Shown in pieces: positions 25,455 through 38,020 of a stretch of 64,000 nt of DNA. The notes under the pieces are model-generated. The model did no database searches and was not told the origin of the DNA. It saw only the letters and a list, made by a program, of their open reading frames with translations. Origin of the DNA: Octopus sinensis (lineage: Eukaryota); contig NC_043015.1 in the NCBI RefSeq assembly GCF_006345805.1, forward strand, positions 47,802,001 through 47,866,000, written 5' to 3'. Made by a program: the position numbers and the translations under genes. The first letter of the stretch is position 1; each line of letters opens with the position of its first letter.

Positions 25455-26691
25455 TACCAGGTTGAGCCAGAAGGTTTTTGCTGATTTTCACTAGTGCCTC
25501 TTGGCAACTTGTATCTCCATGTTATATCATTAATTTGATTCAACTTGTTGTCCAATCATTACTGAATTGTTTGTTCTTTATTGTACAGCTTTGATTATGA
25601 GTGGTGAAAAATTGCAATTAGAGCCATTTTACAATACCTGTGGGAAAAAGGACTGAATGTAAGGGCAGTGGCCAAAGAAACTAATGATGTGGAAAGCCCA
25701 AGAACTGTCAACGAATATGTGGCATAAAACCGGTTCAGACGTTTCAAAGAAGGTGACACCAGATTTGAAGACAAACCAAAGTCAGGGAGACATTCTATTA
25801 TGGAAGATGAGGTCTTGCTTGAAATGGCTGAACAACAGCCAAGCACAAGCACTCATACATTGTCGGCAGAACTTGGTCCTTCACAAAGCACGAACTGACA
25901 CATCTGTAAGCTCAGCCTTGAGAACAAATGTTGTCAAGAAGTTCCTCAAGAAGTGACTAATGACTAGGATCAACAACATGTGAACATCTGCAAACAACTG
26001 TTGACAAATCCTCGAGATGCCCATTTTTGGCACCAAATTCTAACTAGGGATGAAAAATGGGTCTATTTTCATATTCCTAATACAAGAAATCAGAGGCTTT
26101 GTTCTAGCCAGGCTTCACAACTTGTCAAACAATGGTGGTTTGAACAGGAAGCCATGTGGTATGTTTGGTGGAATTTTAAGGGGGCATTGCACTTTGAGCT
26201 TGTCCCTCATGGTCATACTGTGAACACTAACTATTATGCTCAAAAACTGCAGTGAATATATGATGCTTTGAAAGCCCGCTACACAGCATTGGTCAATCAA
26301 AGATGTGTACTCATACAGCATGACAATGCTCCAGCACTCACTGCCAATATGACCAAGTGCAAACTTGAGGGGCTGGAAGTGCTGCCTCACCTGCCTAGAA
26401 TCCATGCTTTTCACCATCAGATTACCACCTTTTTTCGTGCCATAGCTCATTTCCTGTATGGACGGAGGTTCAACAATGTGGATAAGGTTGATAACAGGTA
26501 CAGGGAGTTTTCTGCCTCTAAACCAGTCAAATAATATAAACGTGGAATTGAGCTTCTAGTACAATGATGGTACAATATATCCCACTTGGGTGGGGTATAT
26601 TTTGATGAATAAATCCTTTACATATGAATTTTATATAACCTATTAACTAACTGACGCTTAAAACACGAAAAACTTTTAACTCGGTCTGGTA
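25455..26691 (+). mobile_element. Full-length degenerate mariner transposon (pseudogenised transposase about 25597-26611)
   Basis: Frameshifted ORFs give HTH region (RFRRFKEG...KPKSGR), ILTRDEKWV, VWWNFKG, IQHDNAPA and PSDYHLF motifs. Decayed inverted termini near 25455-25480 and 26666-26691. Length about 1.24 kb. Confidence 0.88.
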
Positions 26692-27067
26692 TAACCACAC
26701 CTAATTTTTAACATTGAAGTTATTTTCAAATAAACTCAAACTTTAGATACGTTCATGTCTACTACAATGTTACTGAGCCTCTGCAATCACTCAACTTGCT
26801 AGAAATAACAATCAAATCTCTTTAACTTCGATAAACAAACTGTAGCTAGCATTAAAATCTGCAATTCGAAGTTATCATTACATACGTAATCAGCCTGTTA
26901 TATTTACGTACATGTGGCAGCTAGTTTGATCTAATGATATTGTGCGCGCTGTGACAATGGCCAACTCCCAAATAGTCAGGTAGATAATGGGCGCTGCTGC
27001 GACCCGCTTATTGAGTAATAGACGAAAATTTCGTTATTTTGCCGTAATGAGTTGAAAAGGAATAAGG

Positions 27068-27084
27068 TTCCGCCTGGCGGAAGT
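27068..27084. promoter_or_regulatory. Palindrome TTCCGCC-T-GGCGGAA with an ETS-like GGCGGAAGT site in a CpG-enriched patch; candidate GFUS promoter element
   Basis: Locally CpG-rich unique sequence (about 26940-27130) upstream of GFUS. Function is inferred only. Confidence 0.3.
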
Positions 27085-27422
27085 ATCCTGGGTATACGTG
27101 AAGTTTTCAGTGGTCCTCCAACGTCTACAGGGTCGACTCAATCCCTATAGCACTGTTTTACTGGGATATGCAAACAGTAGTCAACGTCTTACAAAACTGG
27201 CAGCGATATATCTTAAACCTCATAATTGTCAACATAAATACAATGTACGAAGGATATTTGGGCTAATACAAATCTAAGCTTTCCTAATCTGTATATATAT
27301 ACTCATGTATACAAAGCTGTATATATATATATATATAATATATATATATATATATACCGGAGTAATGACATAAATGTGAAACAAGGCGGAAAAAAGAGTA
27401 CTTAGTGGTAGAGTAATATGCT

Positions 27423-27523
27423 TTATTCAAAAGCAGCAGAAAATTCAACAAAACCTGTCCGACGAACGGGAACGTGAAACTCAGAGTAACAGGTTTTGTT
27501 GAATTTTCTGCTGCTTTTGAATA

Positions 27524-27524
<1 letters not shown>
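27423..27524 (+). ncRNA. Type I hammerhead-like motif with a perfect 36-bp stem I and a U4C core variant
   Basis: Arms 27423-27458 and 27489-27524 are exact reverse complements. They enclose CCGACGA-ACG(GGAA)CGT-GAAA-CT(CAG)AG-TA. Confidence 0.72.
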
Positions 27525-27565
<41 letters not shown>

Positions 27566-27629
27566 CCGGAGTAATGACATAAATGTGAAACAAGGCGGAA
27601 AAAAGAGTACTTAGTGGTAGAGTAATATG

Positions 27630-27733
27630 CTTTATTCAAAAGCAGCAGAAAATTCAACAAAACCTGTCCGACGAACGGGAACGTGAAACTCAGAGTAACA
27701 GGTTTTGTTGAATTTTCTGCTGCTTTTGAATAA

Positions 27734-27735
<2 letters not shown>
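27630..27735 (+). ncRNA. Second copy of the long-stem hammerhead-like motif (38-bp stem I)
   Basis: Same core at 27668-27697. Arms 27630-27667 and 27698-27735. Confidence 0.72.
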
Positions 27736-27784
<49 letters not shown>

Positions 27785-29753
27785 GCTAATGCAGAAACGC
27801 ACCTTCATAGGCACTGAATCAAAGTATTTTAGCGCTTGTTACCTTCACCTATGAAAGAGAAAGTTTGAAAATTCGTGGCAATACGGGATAGTTTGATGTT
27901 CTCTTTTACGTGGTTGTAAAAGAAAAGGTAAAATCCAAAGAAAACATTATCAAAATTTGAGATGAGCGATGGTTTGAATTATTAAATGTTAAAACAATAT
28001 ATATAGAGAGAGATTTTATGTAATATTTAAGTCCTTTTGTTTCTTTCCGCCAACAGAGATTCCGCCGATAGAAGTTGCTGAAAGTAATTCTTGTAGTCAA
28101 ATTATCACGAGAAGCACAATGGTTAGAATTGACATAGCCGTTCTTATATACAATATATATTATATTTAAAAACAAACGTAGAAGCTCTTAGTCTGGGGGA
28201 ATAAATTAAAAATAACATTAATTATAAATTATACGTTCAGAAGTTGAAACATAATTAACGTCAAACTTAAAATAATTTTTTTTTAATTACTGTAGAAGAT
28301 AAATGCGTTTTCATACGTTCGAATAAAAAGTTCTCTAACTCACCCAGGAGATTCGAGTGGCAGAAATGGAATTAGGAAGTTGCAGGGCAATAAACAGTGA
28401 ATGCCACGTTAAATGGGATCAATAAATTCCAGCGGTGTAACAGGAAAACACGTTTCCCTTTTATTTATAGGCTTCAGAGAAAATCTCGATTCACGTCGTC
28501 GATTTAACGTCGAGTTTTCCGTGCTTGCATGGATCCAACAGAGTTTACTGAGGCAGATTTTTTACGGCCAGATGCCCTTGCTGTAGCGAAAACACTTACG
28601 TGTCTCCAAGCAAGGTGATGCTTCCTCGTGGCCCTGGCATGTTTTTGCAGATTGTTAGAAATGAATATCATTCGTTTTACAGGAATCACTCGGTTGGAGA
28701 TGTAAACATAGGTCGTATTCCTACACATACAAATGACATTTCTGATAATTTTTTTCGCTTTAATGATTAGACGTTTATGAATCTGTGTGTGTGTGTGTGT
28801 GTGTGTATGTGTGTGTGTGTTTGCGTGCATGCGTGCGTGCGTGCGAGTGTGAGTGTGTGTGTATGTATGTGTACTATGTCTTCTATCGGTTTCCATCTAC
28901 TAAACCCAGGCACAAGACTATGGGCGATCCTTCGGTATAAGTACACACGGCGGAATCTGCCGTTACGTTCTGAGTTCAAATTCCGCCGAGGTCGACTTTG
29001 CCTTTCATCCTTTCGGGGTCGATAAATTAAGTACCAGTTACGCACTAGGGATCGATGTAATCGACTTAATCCCTTTGTCTGTCTTTGTTTGTCCCCTCTG
29101 TGTTTAGCCCCTTGTGGGTAGTAAAGAAATTGGCATAAGTACACACGTGACTTTGTTTACATTTCTAATGATAACAGAAACCCTTTTCTCCCACCCCTAA
29201 CCCTAACCTCTCCATATATATATATAAAAAAAACACTTTCTTAAAATGTATCCGGTACTTATACTGAAGTTACGCCAGCCAGGCGAGACTATGGTCAGCC
29301 CGGAGCTGTAGTAAAAGACAGTTGCTCGAAGTGCCACACAGGGGGACCAAACCCAAAACCGTGTGGTTGGGATGCAAACTTCTTAGCCACACAGCCAAGC
29401 CAAGCCTATAATTATTGTTTTTTAATCTGAGGTCAACCCTGTAGCGCTGATTCGAAACCGAACCACTAAGTAACCGGTCAGACATCATGACTGAACCACA
29501 ATGGTGATCGGTCCTCTAAACGACCAATCGGCGTCAAGTCATCGCGTAATTCGAGAATCTTCGTGTGGCCTATAAAAGGCCGTTTTTGGCGATGATTAAT
29601 TGCAGAAAGTTGAGGCGGCTGAGCAATATGTGTCTCGATTCTTGCTACACCAGACGGCACGCATTTTTACAGCCAGATGACCAGAAAGGTGGCTAAGACA
29701 TATGATGCAGATAGATGACAAGAACCTCTGGCGCCAAGAATATAGCACAATTA

Positions 29754-30238
29754 CCGTAAATCCTCGAGTATAGTCCACCCTTGAGTATAATACACATGGG
29801 ATTTTTAGGGGGCTGTACCTCTGAAAAACCTAAACCTTGTGTATAATACGCACCCCTTCTCTAACTTGAGTTAAGGAGATCTATATAACGTCCTTGGTTT
29901 GTAAAAATGTATACAGTAACGTCCTTTATTATTATTGTATATATAACATAATGCAAACGTGTAGCTTTCTTGTGCATTTTGTTTGCAGAAAATAAAGAAA
30001 TAACAGTATTAACATTTAATAAATGTTGCTTACTGCAAGTTATGGATGATTCTTTTATGACTTCATTGCTTTCAGGCTTAGCAAAATGCGTCTGAATAAA
30101 CATTGCCGGACAGCAAATAGGGGTTAGGACATTGCTTTGAAAATAATTTTCATTTTAAACCTCGTATATAGTACGCACTAGGGATTTTGATCTTTAAATT
30201 TTGGGATAAAAATGCGGATTATACTCGAGGATTTACGG
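29754..30238. mobile_element. Tc1/mariner-superfamily (Tc2/pogo-like) MITE
   Basis: TA|CCGTAAATCCTCGAGTATAGTCC ... GGATTATACTCGAGGATTTACGG|TA, with TA duplication. Confidence 0.8.
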
Positions 30239-31059
30239 TATTTCCAGTTTTGTGCGGCAAGACGCATGTTGACGTATCAGTAGATTGCTTTAAGCTCCAA
30301 GCAGTGTCTCTCCCAGTTATCTAATTATTGCTGTTACTATCTGTAAAAGACCAACGCAGTTTCTCTTTATGTGCGATAATAAAATCTTCTGCTCAATGTT
30401 CGCGGGTGTTGTTCAGTTATTTCTACACGCAGCCACCTAAGAAATTATTTTTGGATTCATTTACTCAACTAGTCACTGCCACAAGACCAGACCAACAACT
30501 TACAGACCGCGGCAACACTGACTAAATAGAACAATGGTCGACTGTGTTCCAGTCACCACTACCCCCTCTCCTGCATTCAAACATGGCCTAGCTATGACTA
30601 CATATTGCAGTGTGTTCTTCCCACCACCTTTTTTTTCCGGCGGGATAATGTAATTTGAGGATTTGGCTGCCACTTTTAACTATCGATCGACAAATATAGA
30701 GAAGTGACTTCATTATGTTAAGTGAAAAATTGGAGAGGGGCGGCGGCGGTGGTGGTGACGGCGGCGACGGCGGTGGTGCTGGTGATAGTATGTCAATGTT
30801 TTGCCCTCACTCTGCCCTTACCTGAAAACTATTACACCAGATGTTGTTACCTGAATGAAAGCTAATCTCCACAGGATATCGACTCTGATTAATTATCGTC
30901 CTGCCAACGTCTCAGGTGACTAACTCCTCGGCTGATACAAAAATTGTTTTGTCCTAATACATGTGAGCGGTAATCCGTTGTGCGTCTCCCTCGACACTTC
31001 AGAATTGAACATTGAAGCACTATGAAGAATTTTCTAGTCCTGAAGAGGAAGACCAGTCT

Positions 31060-31800
31060 TTATGATGCAATCCTTGCATTGCAGTCTTTGTGATGCAGTT
31101 TTTTTTAGGAATGAAGGCTTTATAACACAGTCATTGCAATGTAGTCCTCGTGTTGCAATCTTTGTGGTGCAGTTTTTCTAACGCAATCTCTCATTACTCT
31201 CTCTTTTACTCTTTTACTTGTTTCAGTCATTTGACTGCGGCCATGCTGGAGCACCGCCTTTAATCGAGCAACTCGACCCCGGGACTTATTCTTTTGTAAG
31301 CCCAGTACTTATTCTATCGGTCTCTTTTGCCGAACCGCTAAGTTACGTGGACGTAAACACACCAGCATCGGTTGTCAAGCAATGCTAGGGGGACAAACAC
31401 AGACACACAAACACACACACACACACACACACATATATATGATGGGCTTCTTGCAGTTTCTGTCTACCAAATCTACTCACAAGGCTTTGGTCGACCCGGG
31501 GCTATAGTAGAAGACACTTGCCCAAGGTGCCACACAGTGGGACTGAACCCGAAACCATGTGGTTGATAAACGAGCTACTTACCACACCGCCACTCCTGCG
31601 CCTATGTGATGCAGTTTTGGAAATGTAGCCTTTTTGTTACAGTTTCTGCGATAGTTTTGCGTTGCAGTCCTGGTGCTGCAATGTTTGTGATGCAGTCTTT
31701 GCTTCAGTTTTCGTGGTGTAGTCTTTCTTTTGTTGTTTTTGGGATGCAGTTGTTGCGTTGCAGTTTTTGTGGTTCAGTTATCAATTGTATGCAGCTGTGA
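31060..31800. repeat. Degenerate GTGATGCAGT-type minisatellite split by a SINE A (31194-31604)
   Basis: Repeated TGCAGT/GTGATGCAG motifs on both sides of the SINE. Confidence 0.55.
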
Positions 31801-32261
31801 GATGTAGCAGATGCAATGGTTATTAGTAATGAGAGCAAATTCTGGGACAATGTGATTTGCACCGTATGAATCAACAGAGGAAACAAAATAAATTCTTACA
31901 GATGTTATCTGTCGTCACAATTCGTAGCGGTCGATTGTTTTACAATGGTAAGCAGATGTTAGTGACGACAAGGCTCGCAGACTGTTGGTCAATTTGTGTC
32001 AGATGTAGGTGCTAGAAGGAGACAGATATGTTCACTCGCCGAAGTGCCGGACAAAAGAAAGAAGCATGTTCATCCGACAAGTGCCGGGAGAGAGAGAGAA
32101 TTCTGTTTCTGTATTTATAAATGTTCGAAATCTGTAAGTAGGTTGAAAGAATAAAAAGTAAATGTGTTTATCTATCTTGAACTGAATTTAACCTATATTG
32201 TTCGGTTAAAGAATAGAACTTATAATGACCATTTCTTCTTTCCACACAGCCACTCCTGCGC

Positions 32262-32665
32262 CTATATATATATATATATATATAAAGCTGAAGTTGTCTG
32301 TGTGTGGCAGGTTTGGTAGCTTTCAACTAACACTATCTCCTCCGAGACCCTACGGCGCAAGTTGACCAAAATTGAAAGTGTGATAGAAGAAGGCTTGCTC
32401 TTCCTTCCGTAGAAGAAAAAAATTCAAATCGGGCCATGTTAAGACCAAAAATTATTTACATCAAAAAGGTGCTTTTTTTTTCTATGAAAATCCCTATTTT
32501 TTGCGATTTTTTGACTGCTGTATCGCCATTTTTCGGTGTATTTCAACCAGAAAAATGTTCACTTAAAAAGAATAACTCGCTAAATAATGCAAAATTTTTA
32601 CTTTTCAAAAATTCCAATTCTGAAAGGTTGAAACTAACCCGAGCAACGCCGGGCGATACTGCTAC
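32262..32665 (+). mobile_element. Non-autonomous Helitron-like element
   Basis: 5' (TA)nAAAGCTGAAGTTGTCTG. 3' CCCGAGCAACGCCGGGCGATACTGCTA(C), the same end as the two cleaner copies. Confidence 0.65.
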
Positions 32666-32740
<75 letters not shown>

Positions 32741-33394
32741 CTGTGTGTGTGTGTGTATGTATGTATACATTAATAAATCTCTGAGTGAGATATAAACAGT
32801 AGCAGCTCAACATCGTGAAGTGTATTTGCACCTGTCTGTGTCCTATCAAGTGATAAGGCACAGACAGTGTGTCAATAGCCAACTGGAGGAGATGTCTTCC
32901 TGAGGTTATAAACTACAGTAGCATCATCCTTTATAGGTCAGCCACATTTAGGTGGCAAATATACTTCACGAAATATATGTATTATATATATATATATATA
33001 TATCTATATATATATAGTATATATATATATATATATATATAGAAGCAAGTTGTCTGTTTGTGTCAAGTTACCGTCTACATCCGTTAACGAATTTTCGAGA
33101 ATCTTTGCAAACATGCTAAAGTAACATCCAGTTTGTTACTAAGCACATGGAAGTTTAATAAAAATCTATAATTGGATGGCTAGGACCCCTGGAAGGGATC
33201 CACATATATAACTATTAACAGCCAAGGGAAATAACTCATTCATTTTCCTAATCAAGGGAAATAACCCATTCATTTTCGTATATTATTTGGGATAAAACCA
33301 GTTGAGTATGTTTATTTCTTAGTATTTGAACTGTTAGAGTTATTTTCGCAATTTATCCAGTACAACCCTTATAAAACTCCAATCCCCTTAAAAG

Positions 33395-33960
33395 CAGGAA
33401 TCTGACTTCAATGTGCTTGTCGTAGCGCCCCTGCTACTTCGTGAAGATTCTATGGAAGATCTCCGAAGTGAAGATATCCATGACCATTTTCACAACCTCC
33501 TTCATCTCAATGTCTTCAAAAGGACCGCTTCTGGGGTTCTTCAGCTTGGGGAACAACCAAACGTCGCGGGAAACAAGGTCTTGGCCATAGGGAGGACGAG
33601 GGACACTTTCAATGTCCATCTCTATCAAATAGTTGATCACCAAGATGAAGTTGTGGATTGGTGCAGATGACACAAACCCGAGTCGAGGATCTCTGGAATC
33701 AAATCACTTACTGGACTCCCTTCAAAACATCCACAAATATCCTTTGTTACCTTCAGGCTAGGAGGAACCCAGTGGAAGTAGATGATGCCCTCGCTGTCGA
33801 AAATGAGGATCATCATGAGCTTTTGGGTGGACTTGCTTTGCTTAGCTTCTTGTGCCAGCGAAAAACAGAAGCTCAGCTCACACAAGTTAAACCTTAAGCA
33901 GTCTGGAGCATTTCATAAGTTTATCTAGCGGCTTTGCCCAATTTAACACGAACTTTATTG
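33395..33960 (-). mobile_element. mariner transposase fragment (internally deleted)
   Basis: Minus-strand frames give MMILIFDSEGIIYFHWVP and PRPPYGQDLVSRDVWLFPKLK. Confidence 0.8.
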
Positions 33961-34175
33961 CATATGGAGGTTCCAAGTTGTCTTCACGTCACAAATATAT
34001 ACTGCAAACCATAGGCGTAGGAGTGGCTGTGTGGTAAGTAGCTTGCTTACGAACCGCATGGTTCTGGGTTCAGTCCCACTGCGTGGCACCTTGGGCAAGT
34101 GTCTTCTACTATAGCCTCGGGCCGACCAAAGCCTTGTGAGTGGATTTGGTAGAGAGAAACTGAAAAGAGCCCGTC

Positions 34176-34219
<44 letters not shown>

Positions 34220-35009
34220 ATGTATGTTTGTGTGTCTGTGTTTGTGTGTCCCCAACATCGCTTGACAACTGATGCTGCTGGTGTGTTTACGTCCCCGTAA
34301 CTTAGCGGTTCGGCAAGCGAGACCGATAGAATAAGTACCGGGCTTACAGAGAATAAGTCCTGGGGGTCGATTTGCTCGACTAAAGGCGGTGCTGCAGCAT
34401 GGCCACAGTCATATGACTGAAACAAGTAAAAGAGTAAAGGAGTAAACCAGTCAGTTGAGACGAGTACTGTTTAGCAGGGTGTCTTCAGGTGCTGTTGTAG
34501 CTGTCCCCTTTACTCTGGAATAACAAAAGGTGGCGGGTCAGCTTATTAACTGTATTCTTTTATTTTCTCTTATCTTTTACTTGTGTCAGTCAGTTGACTG
34601 CGGCAATGCTGGAGCACCGCCTCTAGTCGAGCAAATCGGATTTATTCTTTGTAAGCCTAGTACTTATTCTATCGTTCTGTTTTGACGAACGGCTAAGTTA
34701 CGAGGACATAAACACACCATCATCGGTTGTCAAGCGATCTTGGGGGGACAAACACAGACATACATTGATACACACACACACACATACACATATATACGAC
34801 GGGCTTCTTCCAGTTTCCGTCTACCAAATCCACTCACAAGGCTTTGGTCGGCCCGAGGCTATAGTAGAAGACACTTGCCCAAGGTGCCACGCAATGGGAC
34901 TGAACCCGGAACCATGTGGTTGGTAAGCAAGCTACTTACCATTCAGCCACTCCTGCGCCTATGTATAGTAATAATATACTAACATTACAATTATCTAGGA
35001 CAGTTATAA

Positions 35010-35301
35010 GGTACTATTTAAGAAGAGTGGTCTCGGTGCGCGCACTCTCGTACTCGCGCTCGCTAGTCGTGACTGGTCGATCCTACAAAGACTACCTATC
35101 CTATAAAAAAAAACCTATTTGTTTAAAAAAAAACCCATCTAAGTTATGATGGGGGTACCAAACGTTTATCTAATAACCTTCAACCGAATTTGTATGAACA
35201 TTTGTTATAGGATAGGTAGTCGTTGTAGGATCGACTAGTCACGACTAGCTAGCGCGGATGCGCGAGTGCGCGCACCGGAACCACTCTTCTTAAATATTAC
35301 C
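35010..35301. mobile_element. MITE with long TIRs and a 9-bp TSD (Merlin- or Mutator-like)
   Basis: TIRs GGTA(C/A)TATTTAAGAAGAGTGG extend imperfectly for about 95 bp. TSD CAGTTATAA at 35001-35009 and 35302-35310. Confidence 0.85.
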
Positions 35302-37562
35302 CAGTTATAATTGCCTCTCCTAAAAAACAAAAGTTTCAAAGTTTCAGGAATGTACCTCGTATGTGTCTGTGCATACATGCGCGTGTATGTGTGTGTGTGG
35401 GGGGGTGCGCGCGCGTGCGTGTACGGCCATAAAAATACCAGTCGCTAAAATATATCCAGCCCACCCATAAACTCCCCACCACCTCACACTCATTTCATTT
35501 AACAACTGAATACATGCAACCATCTACCCATACACGCACATACACAGACACGTTTCCCTGAAAAAATAAACAAAATTCTAAAGAAATACAAATCCCCCCC
35601 CCACACACACACGCGTTTCCTTGAAGAAATAAACGAGGCACAGGAGTAAGTAGCTTGCTTACCAACCACATGGTTCCGGGTTCAGTCCCACTCCGACCAA
35701 AACCTTGTGAGTAGATTTGGTAGACGGAAAGTGAAAGAAGCCCGTCGTGTGTGTGTAAGCGAGCAGGCCAACAGAAGAAAGAGTGAGAGAAAGTTGTGGC
35801 GAAAGAGTACAGCAAGGATCGCAACCCCCCACCTGCCGGAGCCTCGTGGAGCTTTAGGGGTTTCCGCTCAATAAACACTCACAACGCCCTGTCTGGGTAT
35901 CGAAACCGCGATCCTACAACTGCGAGTCCACTGCCCTAACCACTGGGCCATTGCGCTTCCACACACACACACACACAACACACACACACACACATATATA
36001 TGTTTGAGTGTCTGTGTTTGTCCCTCCACCAATCGCTTGTCAACCGATGTTGTTGTGTTTACGTCCCCCGTAACTTAGCGGTTCTGCAAATGAGACCGAT
36101 AGAATAAGTACTAGGCTTACACAAAACTAAGTCCTGGGGTCGATTTGTTCGACTAAAGGCAGTGCTCCAGCATGGCCTCAGTCAAAATGACTGAAACAAA
36201 TAAAAGAATAAAAGAATTCACACACACACACATGCACACATGCATACACACACACACACACACATATACGCACCAAAGCACACGGTCATATACCATTAAC
36301 GCAAATAACATGTTTACAATCCCTAAAATAACTAGTTTCAGCCATTCATTTAAAACATATCAACCACAAGTCACGAGCTTTCCTACCGTGCCCCCCCACC
36401 CCGCGTTTTTATATCTTTTGTCCCTTAACCACAGACAGATCAACTTCCCAGAATCAGACACCCATTACAACACATACATACACATATAGGTGCAGGAGTG
36501 GCTGAGTGGTAAGCAGCTTGCTTACCAACCACATGGTTCCGGGTTCAATCCCACTGCGTGACACCTTGGGCAAGTGTCTTCAACTATAGCCTCGGGCCGA
36601 CCAAAGCCTTGTGAGTGGATTTGGTAGACAGAAACTGAAATAAGCCCGTCATATATATATATATAAATATATGTGTGTGTGTTTGTGTGTCTGTGTTTGT
36701 CCCCCCACCATCGCTTGGCAACCGAGCTTGGTGTGTTCATGTCCCCGTAACTTAGCGGTTCAGCACAAGAAACCGATAGAATAAGTACTGGGGTCGATTT
36801 GTTCGACTAAAGGCGGTGCTCCAGCATGGCCGCAGTCACATGACTGAAACAACTAAAAAAAAAAAGGAAAAAGAAAGAAAGAAAGAAAGAAAGAGAAGAA
36901 ATGTTTCCTTCAAGAAATATCATAAGCAAATTTCCAAAGAAATACGAACTCACGCATACACACACAACACACACACACACACTCACACACACACACAAAC
37001 GAGCGCGCGTGCGCACACAAACACAAACGAGTGCGCGCGCACATACACACACACAGACAAACACACGAATTATTTGTCCAAAACAAAAATCATACAAAGA
37101 ACAGATACCCTCACAGAACAATCGCCCCCCAAATCACTCAACAATAAAAAGCACCATTCATTAGAAATAAAAGCAGAAGAACACACCCTTAATTACTTTT
37201 TCGAATAAACCTATTCAAAAACATTTAACTAAAATACCTTACACACACACACACAAACGCACACAATCAAAAACAAAAAAAAATTTAATAAATACTCAAA
37301 AACACCCACCATCAACTCACCAACAAGCCATAAACAAATTAATGCCACTCCATCCACCTCCCATCTACAATTGCCAAAAATACAAACATCGTACCACACG
37401 TATAACACATACAACCAATGAAAAACACGTAAAAACTACCCAATGAACAAACACAAATACTAGATCATGCGCGCGCGTGCACCAATGGATACATAGATAT
37501 ACATACATACTTAAACACAGACATACACATACGCATATATATACCACCAATGCTTATTTGTA

Positions 37563-37617
37563 AGAGTTTTGCCTGATGATCGCAGTAACGTGAAACTCGA
37601 GCCGCGAGACAAACTCT
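37563..37617 (+). ncRNA. Degenerate type I hammerhead-like motif
   Basis: AGAGTTTTGC-CTGATGA-TCG(CAGTAA)CGT-GAAA-CTCGAG-CC-GCGAGACAAACTCT. Palindromic stem III, but U16.1 is C. Confidence 0.5.
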
Positions 37618-38020
37618 CAACAATTTCAATAACAAGATAAAAAAAAAAATTCATATCTTCTACAACATGTATTGAGCATTCCTCTTTCGTTCGTTCCACG
37701 TAGAGCAATGTAGGTATACACACTCAGGTTCGTCCGTCGGAGCTACGAGGACCGTCTGGTCACCCTTAAGGATGAATGATGACTTGCGCACTGTCAACCC
37801 TCACTCTTTTGTCCATGACCTTCTTCAATCCAGGGACAAGACGAAATCAAGACGATTGAAGACGGAGACGGGTGCAGCGGACGACCGAGATGCTTCGCCT
37901 GGCTCTCTACAATTCACAATGCGTTGCTGCAGCCGCTCCACCTCCATTGGACCATGAAGGCTTCTTCCACAGAGCCCACTGGATCTAGTCTTCCACAGAG
38001 CCCACTGGATGTAGACCTGA

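Larger units (their letters stand above)
27357..27780 (+). repeat. Tandem duplication of a 209-bp unit embedded in (TA)n
   Basis: Units start CCGGAGTAATGAC at 27357 and 27566 and are essentially identical outside their microsatellite ends. Confidence 0.92.

Noticed and set aside
29190-29210. CCCTAACCCTAA telomere-like motif (also near 40465)
   Set aside because: Only two units, inside MITE-like sequence. Not an interstitial telomere array.
33955-34425. 156-aa ORF and similar ORFs (e.g. 24168-24437, 34740-34982) sharing PNPLTRLWSARGYSRRHLPKVP
   Set aside because: Antisense translation of SINE family A, so the apparent paralogy is only repeat sequence.
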